Part shown: positions 1 through 11,000 of the stretch, piece by piece
Layout of the letters: each line of letters begins with the position of its first letter
How positions within the stretch are numbered: position 1 is the first letter of the stretch
Source of the DNA: Geosiphon pyriformis uo1
Taxonomy: Eukaryota > Fungi > Glomeromycota
Direction of reading: 5' to 3'
DNA: 64,000 nucleotides
NCBI GenBank assembly: GCA_016748015.1
Contig: JAAOMT010000009.1
Coordinates: 1,551,924-1,615,923 of the forward strand
Translations under genes and position numbers: made by a program
The notes under the pieces: generated by a model
What the model was told of the DNA's origin: nothing
Database searches by the model: none
The model's input: the letters and a program-made list of their open reading frames with translations, nothing else

Positions 1-723
1 ACAAGGAATTGCAGGATCTCAAAATTCCAGGATTCTTCTCAAAGAAATTGCAGGATTCCAGAAATTCCAGAATTCCTGGTGTAAAAAATTAAGAAATTGA
101 GGAATCTTAATTATGTATATATAGCAGTAGTGTTAAAAGTAGAAAAAACAGACCTTTCAGGTTAGATTTAATTTAAACAATCTTCCACATCACAAATATC
201 AATAAATAATTATTTGGTATCTCAAATCTATTCTTTATTATCAACACTTCATGTTGATAATAATTGATACTTAAACATACTGGAACAATAGCTCTTGATC
301 ATGGCTATTGACGGAATACTAACATTCATTGTCTTGGCTTATTTTTCTTTTATTTTCTTTTATTTTTGTTATTTCTTTGTCTTACTAATTAATTGAAAAT
401 TAAGTACTGAGTTATTGACATCAAGGATAGCCTAATAAAAGACCCCAAAAAAAGGGTATAAGAATTAAGAATTTAAGGATAGCTTATCAGAAGAGCATTT
501 TTGCCAAATTACCAGCCACCATGCTGAGAAAAAAATCGACAGAATTGCGATTCTGGAAGGCTACTAAAAAGATAACAATTGAATCTCTGTCTATTATACA
601 AAGAACTCCACAACAAAACCTTCAGATCAACAAGACCTTCAGAAGCTAACATTATTAAATCAATTGAGTACCAAATTATAAATTTGTTATTTGATTTGAG
701 ATTCCAAATAATCAACTGTAATA
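1..723 (+). mobile_element. LTR of Gypsy-like family C (5' part outside window), inserted into a LINE RT
   Basis: 1-330 aligns with ~63582-63920 (GGAATTGCAGGATTCCAGGAATTCC repeats). Ends GTAATA (718-723), read as GTAACA with C>T, and LINE RT codons resume immediately after. Confidence 0.7.
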
Positions 724-2498
724 CCATGTAATCTCAATCAGTACTATCAGTCTAATATTAGTGAAAGTGTCCTCCCAATCATAAGGTTTAAGAATCATGG
801 AAACCCAAAATCTCTTCTATTGCTTAGGAACTTTTCCAAATTTTAGACACCTATTGAAAATGCTCAAAAGATCATTGAGAACAAAAAAATTACTGTGCTT
901 CCAAAGTTCATTGGGAATGCCAGAAAGCCCAACAGTTTTGCCATCCAGCAAGTCTCTGATGATCTGCAGAAGTTCTTTTATGCTAATATTACACATAATT
1001 CCAAAAAATGTATCATCATCTATGTGACTTAAAGAAGCATATTGAACAGACTAACAACTCAGCAGAGCACCAGAAACCAAGTGTTTCTTCATCCAACCTT
1101 CTATTATAGTATCAATTGAAGACTTGACAGTCTGAAACTCCAAGATAAGCTTATTGTTAACAATCAAATGATCAAAAACCATCTTTCTAAAAGGTCAATC
1201 TAGAATGCTTTTTATCATTTATCTCTTATTCAAACAAAAATTTTCCATGTGTTTTGACACAGTTTTCCTGATGAAATCATCCTTAACAATTCTGAATTTG
1301 TGATACTTGGATCTGCGGTAACTTCTTTTGACAACCAAAACATGATGTAAAATATCCTCAACTTTATCACCCTTATTGATCATAATACACACCTTGGATG
1401 CCTCTTTGTCATTTATGCCTGCCCAGGTATCAACCAAGCAGTTAGTTTTCATACTCAGACCTGAATTTAAACTACTAACAATTTTGGACATCAGTAATTC
1501 CAACTTGTGAAACTTAGAAGACAATTTGTTCCTTATACTATTAAACTCACTAAACCAGAGTCTGGAGAATATTTTATCAGGAAAATTCATTACCACCCCT
1601 TTAAGAATATCTCACATGTTGTTCAAATTACTACTGTGTTCTACAGCATAAAAACTAACTGAATTCTTCAAAAATTTGTCAGAAGAGCACTTCATAAAAT
1701 ATTTCCATTCATTAATATCCATGCTTTTTAGCTTGAATTTCCAATGATCTTTATTTGTTTGTTTGCATAAAACCCTTAATTAAACATCCAAAAGCCCACT
1801 CAAGCCTACTAAAACTAAAACAGCTTTGTAATTAGTATCAAAAAATTCAAATACAGAGTTAACTCTATGACCAGTCACAGCTAAAATAAGAGTCTTACTA
1901 ATCATGATGTAATCAATAGCTTTTTCAACATCTTTTGAGTTGCTCTATATAAAGGCTTCAGCCAAAAGATGTTTACCAAAAGAATTGACCAAGTTCAGAC
2001 CCAAACAAAATCCATAACTCGCACTTTTTTAGAACTGTTTTTATTGAAATTACCACCCAAAATCACAAAACTGCTGAAATTAACCACCTAAGTTATGAAA
2101 GAATTAATACCAGACATCTGTTCAAATCAGCCACTTGAAGAGACACAAGCATACAAACCAATAATTGAAACTGAAACTCTGCTCTTAAAAAGGAGATGCA
2201 CTGAAACAATGTAACCAGGAACTTCTTCTATCTTGGAAACATGTCAAGCTAAAGAATTGTTCATAATTATCACCACTCCAGTCCTAAGAAACCCACTATC
2301 TAGATCAGATGTAAAAATACACACACCTTCAAACTTGTTCATAATCCATAGCCTAATGCCAGGTTTTAATTTTGTTTTAGTAACAATAGACACCATATTA
2401 CCTGATTTTTTGTGCCAATAAACAACATCTTCTTGCTTGGCAGGAACATTAAAACTTCAAACATTACAAGTAGCAAACTTCCATATTAACTCAGTCAT
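724..2498 (-). pseudogene. LINE ORF2 N-terminal part (AP endonuclease and start of RT), disrupted
   Basis: APE motifs ATCNV, GxFN and IDY, plus the RT domain 0/1 motif GLSGIPNELWK. Confidence 0.85.
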
Positions 2499-4390
2499 TG
2501 AGAGAAAAGAACAACAGAAACCAAACTAGCATTGTCTATTTTGGCTAAAAGGCCCACAACCATAATTGACAGATTGTTTAAAGTGTTCTCTAACTTTTTA
2601 ATAACAGAGGAATCAAACACTACTGCTTTCATCTTAGTCTTACTATTAGTGGCCACACCCAAACTCTTATTCATTACTATATCCACCCCTTGACTTTGTG
2701 ATAAAAAGATTGCCAATAGCTGACATCCAGAACTAGACTGAGAAACCATTAGTCCAAGTGCATCCAACCTCTTAGCCAGCTTACCAACTTGCTCTGCGAG
2801 GCTGGTGAGACTGTGCTTAAGAGCAGCAAACCTATCATTGATTTTATTTGCAACTAGTAGGGATGGCTTTATCTCTGAAGAAGAGCCAACATTTGCCAAA
2901 ACATTTTGACTAGAGAGAGGAGGGAAAGAAGACCCATTAACAACTTTTGTCCAGAAGAGACCACCAAAAGAAACTAGATGAGCAATAAAAGTCTGTTTTT
3001 TCTTATATATATTGGCCAAATGGACCTAATCTTGAGAAGACACCATTTATTTCTCATGAACACCAGAAAATCTACTCAATAAACAAAAATCAGAAATATG
3101 ACCAGATTGTTTACACTTGGCACAACAGGCCAGAGAAAGACTATCTCAGTACAAATTCACACTCTTAAAAACAGGCAGAGAATCAATGGCAGCCAATTTG
3201 GATGCCTTATCACTAAAACAAATTACAGTGCACCTATCACGAACATACATAGCCAAATTACAGCCAATAAAACAAGTTTTCCCATCATAAGATGCCAACA
3301 AACCAAAAAGATTATGGACAGTGGTGCCAACTGGTAATATGTACAGCAGTGCCCAATGTTGATTCCTTAATACTCATGTTTGTTTGTTATCAATTGTCTT
3401 CCCTACACAAACAGAGTTTTTTTCCATGAGAACAGACCATTTAGCTGTGACCAAATCAGCTATCTCAGATAATTCAAATTTTATTAAAGCCTTTTATTAC
3501 AGGCCAATCAGTTATATCTTGATTAATACAATCTTGTCAAACTTGAAAAAAACTGATTTCACAGCCAATTTGGGAAGATCAACTGAAATTTTCTTGATAA
3601 CAATTTCCTGATCCAAATGTTTGTTTACCTGTCTAACATTATTATTAACTAAAATTGTTTTACTGATAGCCAATTTCTTTGCCTTTTTTAAACTCATTTC
3701 AGAGATAAATGAAGATTTGATAATTCCTGAGAATTTTGAGAAAGCAAAGGTTTCCCTAAAACCATCAATTCAATAAAAGATTTTTTTTATTGAAATCAAT
3801 TTGTTACTAACAGTTTTGCCTAGAATAGCCAAAAGCTCAATATCTAATGTGAATAATTTTACTGGCTCAAAGCTCCTCTTTTCCAGAACATGTGACTTGG
3901 CACTTGGCAGCTGATTGAAGCCATTAAACTTGGAAAAAAGGAGCTTCAGAATGTTATCAACATTACTCATATTATTAAAAGAAGGTTTCTTTAGTAGTTG
4001 TTCCAGAACATATGTCCATGTTCATGTCTTTCTCAAAGTTATATCATCCACCATATTATTAGCTTCGAAACTGTTGAAATCCATGTAACTTGTCTCCTCT
4101 GTCACCATGTTGTCCATGTTTTCCAAATCAGACACCCCACTAATACTAATATCCTTACTTTCCACTTTGCTACTCCAAGACACTTTGCATTCCAGATTGC
4201 TAGCTTGTAAAATATTACCAGGAATAGGACCAGCTGACAAATCTATCACACCACTAGTAATTCCAGGAATTTTAGACTTCTTGTATGAAGGGCCACAAAA
4301 GTATATGCTCTCAATGTATGTTTTTTTATTATTATTAGACCCCCACCTTAACCAAAATGAAATTAGAACCATTAGCAGAAGAGTCTATTG
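2495..4390 (-). pseudogene. LINE ORF1 (gag-like), disrupted
   Basis: Collinear ORF fragments 4022-4372, 3770-3970, 3512-3697 and 2495-3019 with a coiled-coil-like C-terminus; stop overlaps the ORF2 ATG. Confidence 0.7.
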
Positions 4391-4753
4391 ATTCTATTAC
4401 AACAAAAAGAGGAAAGTCAAAAGAAATAATTAGAAAAGAAACAAGAGGATAAGAGAAAAAGACTAATTAAAGCTTCGATAAAATTTTACTCTCATCATGG
4501 TAAGAAGATTGACAAGAGAAAAAAATTTTTTTTTTTTTATTTGATTAATTTAATTTTTAAAATTAAATAATTTAATAAATTAAGTTATATATAAAAATAT
4601 AATTTGGTTTGTTTTTAAAACCAGTAAAAATTAATTAAAATTTAATATATTAAACAATTTAATTATATTTTAATCAAAACTAATTTTAATAAATATATTG
4701 TTATTATTATTTAAATAAAAAAAAATGTAATAACTCTTTGTTTCCTTAATTTT

Positions 4754-6985
4754 ATGACCATAACCAGAGCAAAAAGTAAAAAAGCTGTATCTGATATCTG
4801 TTCTGAGATATTTAATAAAATTTCAACCAGAAGAGCTTTCTCTGTTGTAGAAGCAACTAGACAGAACATTTTAAAAGTTTTTCCTTTACCCAGTAATCAT
4901 GAAAAGCTGCCTTTGGTAGCTACTAAGACAACTTCCTCATCTTTGGCTGGTTTTTCACCAGTCAAAGTTTCTTTAAAGAGACATACTTGGGTTAGTTCCA
5001 GTATTGCCTCCACTCCTACTAAGACCCCAAAAGTGTTTAATAATAGACCAGTTAACAAGCTGGTATTCTCCTCCATAGCTTCAACATCTGGTGCTTCTAG
5101 CATCTCCTCTTCAAAAAAAATGGTCAAAAAAACCAAAAGTTCAGAAAAGTGGAAGCAGTTACTTGTCTCTGCTATTGTTACACTGAACCCTTTTGTGGTT
5201 TCCAATGAGATTTTAGATAAGATCTCCATAGCATCATCTGGCATGTCATCTAAAATAGACCAAGATCAATTACTGACTGTATTGCCAAATATGATGTCTT
5301 TCAGCAGATTTTTGTCAGTTCTGGAAGCAAAACAATTTTCTCCTGTTGGGTCACCTGTTCTTGAACTGGGCTGATTAAATAGAAACTGAATCATCTCTTT
5401 CTCCAGTTTCTGGTGTTACTTCTAGTGGTATCTAGGAAACTATTTCTAGTCATCAAAGGTTTGCTAAGTGGGTGGCCTCTATTCTGGTGCCTGATGCTAT
5501 TTTCAAGATCAAATTGGCTTATATTAAGACTGTTTTTCAGTCTGTGCATGGTTTTTTAGGTGCAAAATCAGTTGCAAAAGACAATGTGAAGCTTTTTTGT
5601 ATGGAGTTTGCTTCCCAAATCTCTTTGGATACTGCATTTTTGGTTGAGCTTACAAGTTTTGTTTACCTTGCCACTCTTAAGATTGCCAAGTTTTTGGTAG
5701 TTTCTGAGTTTGGCTCCCCTTCTGCTGCTGTTGTACTGCATAATATGCCTTTGGGTATATCTGCTATTGACATTAAGACAGTCCTCAGTGTTTTTGGTGT
5801 GGTTACTCATGTTGTGCTGAAATCTGCCAGCATTTGGCAGTATGTGGTGGTCTATTTTGAGAATTTGGTTGCTGCCACATCTGCTCTCAATCACTGGTCA
5901 GTTTTGGTAGACAAGAATAGTGTTCAGATTTTTCCTTTTGTGAATTAACAAGAAACAATTGTGTCTTGTGATAGGTTTAAGGCCAAGTTGATCAACCTTT
6001 CTCTTGGTTGTACTGCATTTGAAATCAGTGATATGGTTTTTCAAGTTGGTAGTTGGACTTGTTTTATTTCTCAGTCTTCTGATTCTGGTCATTATTTTTG
6101 TTTTGCTCTGGTTATATTTGGCTCTTGAGCTGATTTGGACCTTGCTGTTGTTAAAACTAGTACACTAAGAAAGTACCATATCTGGTGGAAAACTCCTGGT
6201 TGTCAGCATTGTTTTCAGTATTAAAAGATAGGCCACTTGGCTGTGAACTATAAGGTTGCTTCACTTTTCCTTTCTAAGGCTCCCAAGATATTTAAACTAT
6301 ATTTTGTTGGTTCTTTGTCTTATGCAAAGGCATCTGTTCTTCCTGTTCTTTTTGAGTTTCCTTCTTTGGTGGCTGCTGCTCTTCTTGTTGCTGTTGTAAA
6401 TTTTTTGGTGTTTTCTCAGCTGGTGTCTCTAGAATCTGATTTGGCCAAGCTTTCTGTTTTGATTGAATCTATTGTTAAGCCTGTTGGCTCTATGGTCAAA
6501 GTTTTTGAACAATTTATTAATAGTAATCTGGTTTCAAGTTCTGCTCTTGGCCTCAGAGTCAATAAGATTTTGGTTCACATGAGTACCTTTTAGTAGAACT
6601 GTTGGTAAGTTGGAGTAAAAAGTGGTTGCTCTGAAAACTAAGTGTAATTTTGAAGATGTTGATATATCTGGCCTTCATGTAAGTTTGTTATTTTTTAATG
6701 ATAATATGTTTTCTAATTTGATGTCTCTTTAAGAACATGAATCTGCTGCTATAAAGACTGATGTCTTTAAAACAGCTGAATAGTTGGTTGGATTAGTTAA
6801 TAATAGTGCTACATTATTTGAGATTGTTCAAAGAATGTCTTCTTTGGGTAAGTTTTCTTCTGGTGCATCAACATAGTATAGTCTGAACTGGCTTGAGTAG
6901 CTAATTACATGTAGTAAGTGTATAAACCATATTTAGCTTTGGATTACTTAGTTTGGTTCTAATTTTTAGATAATAGTTGGGCCAT
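4754..6985 (+). mobile_element. ORF1-only LINE derivative (HAL1-like non-autonomous element), degenerate
   Basis: ORF1-like frame 4754-6876 has RRM-like segments and a degenerate knuckle CQHCFQY*KIGHLAVNY. Its TAG is followed directly by a 3' UTR homologous to the LINE 3' UTR at 49962-50072(-). No ORF2. Confidence 0.65.
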
Positions 6986-7963
6986 TGTTATCAGATGAAA
7001 TTAGAGATATTATTTAGCATGAAATTATCTTTATAATCCTTATTATTAATTAGCATATATTATCATTTCAAATTATCACTTATTATATTAGCAAAAATGT
7101 CTGAAATTATCATTTAATTAATAACTCAATTTGTACATAACACAGATGTAACCTAATTGTGATGATCAATCATGCAATACTCTGAAATACATAACATTCA
7201 AAAGTTCACTGAAATTTGTAGAAATTCATCGAAATAATTGATAGTTCACCAAAATATCTATTAGTTTGCAGAAATAACTTGTAGTTCACCAAAATGTATC
7301 TTTAGTTCAGCAAAATTGTAGAAAAGAGCAAAGTTCAAGTTCATAGAATAGTGTTATGACAAATTGTATAAAAGAAGAGCTTCTTTTTTCAAGAAAATGT
7401 ATCTTACTTCAGATTTAACAATTAAAATCATCCTTTATACACAAAAACAAAATAAAATATCAAATAATTTGAAAAATCAAATTCTTAATTATTTCCCTTT
7501 GAAATTAACCAATTCCTACTAAACAGTTTGAAATTGATTAGCTACCAATTTCAGTAAACTGTTAGTGACTCCAGGCCTGAATAAAAAACGTTTCTCTTAA
7601 CAGAATTCTATTTCTTTTACATTTTTTTTACTTCTTTTTTATTTTTTTATAATCATTAGGATAGCCTATGAATGTGATTCCTGTAGAAAAGTTGACTTTC
7701 ACAGCAAAGTAACTACACATTTTTTAGTAAGCTTCCAGATGAGCAATTTCTGGGAAAGAGTTGACATTTACTACAACATAACTACATAAAGTAACTGGCA
7801 TGGAATTGGCTATTCTACTTATAAGCCCAGCAGTTCAAATTATAGGAGATAATTTGAATATAAATTCAGTTACTAGAGGTTCAACTACTTCCTAGAAATG
7901 TGAATTCGCAGCAAGTCAACATTAACAACATTCAAGAAAAGAGACCAAAAACCTCTGGTAACA
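6986..7963 (+). repeat. 5' LTR, family A copy 1
   Basis: TGTTAT...GTAACA termini; TATA-like GTATAAAAG near 7366; several GTTC(G/A)CC(G/A)AAAT-type repeats in U3. Confidence 0.95.
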
Positions 7964-7965
7964 TT

Positions 7966-7981
7966 TGGTGCTCTCCTACAG
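7966..7981 (+). other. Primer binding site (tRNA type, identity not determined)
   Basis: TGGTGCTCTCCTACAG begins 2 nt after the LTR; copy 2 has TGGTGCTTTTCCACAG at 54755. Confidence 0.75.
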
Positions 7982-8008
7982 AAACAACACAGCAAAAACA
8001 ACTTCAAA

Positions 8009-11000
8009 GTGGTGACCACACCAGATGCAACAACTCTAAAGTATTACCAGTCAATTTACACCCACTGCAAGCAAATATTCAACATTCCAGACAGAATTAA
8101 AGTTGTCAAGAAATCAGTATACTAATACATTAAAAACCGCATCAACAATTATCTTTTTGGAAATTACAATATCTCAGAAGTTAGAAGCAATCTTTACAAT
8201 AATTTAGCACACTATTTACAGTTGGGAACTGAAGACCTTAACAGTGAAACACTTGCCACTTACTTTCAAAAACTTAATTTTAACATTATCAGGTACTGTG
8301 AAGAAACATATCCAGTGCAGTCTCAATACTCTATTGATTTTGAATCAAAGACAGAAACAAGCAACAAAGGCAAACAAAAATTGAAGCAATACTCAAAAAC
8401 CACTTCAAATACTTCAATACTACCAAAAACAACTGCCAAACACTTACAAACACCTGAACAAAGAACCAGTTTAAAACTTCTACTTACTATTACACTTTTT
8501 CCAGCTTTACTTGCACAAGCACAAATACCTAATTCACCCTTAAATTGATTTGCAAGACTAGAAAATTTTACATCATTCAGAAGTCTCACCAGACAACAAG
8601 AACCCCTTCAAACTAGTTCCAATCTCCTTGACTTTCTAGCTGAAAATTGAAGTAAACACTCTGAGACAACAGTGAACAAAAAAAATGACTCTAAAATATC
8701 TGAAGAAAAATCAATAGACAGTGAAAACAAAAAAGATGAAATGACAGCATACATCACAAAAATCCCTGAATTTAATGAAGAAGACATTGAGACCAGTCCC
8801 TAAGAATGGCTCGACCAAGTTACTAAAGCTGGAGATGCAAATGGATGGAATGCTGCCAGAATATTAAGAACAATTCCCTACTTTCTCAAAGGAACAGCAG
8901 ACAAATGGTTTGAAAACTTGACCACCCTTTTTAATAACTAAACAGCTTTCAAAACTGCCTTCTTAGAACAATTCACTGATAACAACACCTCAATCACACT
9001 TCGAAATTGTTTTCACAATATTAAACAAGAACCCTCCAAATCTGTTATAACTTATATTGAAAAATTCAACAAATTTCTCAGATGAATTTGCCAACTTGAA
9101 ACTAATGATTATTATTCCAATGCTTAAATCTTGGATCAATTTATCACTGGTTTAAAGAATAAACTGATTAAAAATGTCCGTTCACATGTCCCAGAAGATT
9201 TAAACTCTGCCATTCAGCATGCAAAGAGATATGAAATGGCCATAGAAGAAGCCAATCGTACAAAACTTGTGAACTTAGCCATTGGAGAGACTAGCTCAGC
9301 AGCTAAAAAAAAAATTGACCAACTCACAAAGAAAGTTGAAAACTATTTCACCAACCAACAACAACAGCAATCCCAAAGATATCAACCACTTCAAAGACAT
9401 AATCAAAACAACTTCACATCATCCTCTACTAACCAGTCTTAGAATTGCCATTACTGTGGAATTCCTGGCCACTGGAAAAGAGATTGCAGAAAGCTACAAC
9501 AAAACCAACAAAACAGAAGTAATCAACATTACCCTTTGCCACAACAATCTTATTACTAACCACCACTACTACCAGCTTACTATCCACCAAGACCACAATA
9601 TCAAACCGACTACTATCAACCTGTTCCACAGCCAATGCAACAACAGTATTGACAACCCATTCAACATTACCAAGTACCTGCTCAAAGATTGGTTCAACAA
9701 AACCAATTTGTACCACAAAACCAATTCACAACAAACAACAACAGAACCAACCCAAATAACCAATTAGTTCCCTGAAATCCAGCTCAGCCAAAATTCACCC
9801 ATTATCATACTCAACCTAGCTATCTTACAATACCTGAAGAACAGGATTTTCACCATACTGCACTCTCGGAAGGTAGAGCTACAGCACAACAACAACAAAA
9901 CCCTTCTTATACTCCTACCACAATCCCACCAGCCAGAATTGCTGAAAATGCCAACCTTTCAGATATATTCCCTTTTGAGTTCGAAGCAAATGAGTCATCA
10001 TTCCTACTTAGCAATGCAGCCACCAACAAACAAAAAGCAATCACAGCTATGTACACTGAAGCAGAAGTTGAAGGAAAGGCAATTCACTTGATCCTAAACA
10101 GTAGATCCACTGGAAGTATTATCACCTACTAGTTAATGCAACAGTTAAAGAAAAATGTTGACTGACCAGCTCAAACAGTAATTGTTACTGCCAATGGCAT
10201 GAAAAAGACTCCAGTAGAAGAAATTGACAATTTTCCGTTCACTCTTGATGAAATCACCATTCCAGTCAAAGTTCTTGTAATAGACATGCCCCAGTATTAA
10301 GCTCTTGTTGGAAATGATTGGCTCCAAAAAGCCAATGCAAAATTAGACTGGGAAATCCAAGAATTACAACTCTTCTATCAAGGACAACATACCTGAATAC
10401 CCACTACTTGTGGTACATTCAACAAATGCTCTAAAAAAGCCCCAGCTTTTGAATTCGAACCGGAAGAAAAAAAACCTATCATTGAAACATTTATGGCACT
10501 TGGATCAACCTCCAATTGGGCTGATGAAACTGAACAACAGTACTTTTCAACAAATGATTCTTCTGAAACAAAAAAACCAGTGACAACCAGATGGAATGTC
10601 TCCTATTCAAAACCAGAATCATGAAAACAACGCTCTTACATTCCACTCAAATGCAAAAATTGCCACAAAAAACTCTCATTAATGGGAGCCTGCATTTCAC
10701 CTGAAGAAGAATATGAAAATCATACTTGTTATTACTGCAAGGCTTGCTACAGAGAACAATGGGGCCATCTAATAAAAAGAAGCAGAAAATAGGACAACAC
10801 CCCTTGTTTGACTTGTGGAGATATGCTACTGGAAGAATGCAATTGGATTGATGTAGCAATGAGAAGAGAAGTCTGCAATCAGATTTGCCAATATGCTTTA
10901 TCAATTGTGGAAAAAGTAAAAAGAGAAACACCCTTTAATGCGGCATACAACAGTGCTCTTAACAAACTTTATTACTACTCCCATGATGCTGAGATGATTT

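Larger units (their letters stand above)
724..4520 (-). mobile_element. Degenerate non-LTR retrotransposon (LINE): ORF1 plus APE-RT ORF2, cut by LTR C
   Basis: ORF1 fragments 4372-2495. ORF2 starts at 2498 with MTELIWKFATCNV, and has VILGGNFN, IDYIMIS and FDTNY (APE motifs), then DGKTVGLSGIPNELWK...IRLIVLIE (RT start). Many stops. Confidence 0.85.

Noticed and set aside
9282-9767. Overlapping alternative-frame and antisense ORFs within the Gag Q/P-rich region (also 56213-56485)
   Set aside because: These are by-products of low-complexity CAA-rich coding sequence; the true frame carries the CCHC knuckle.
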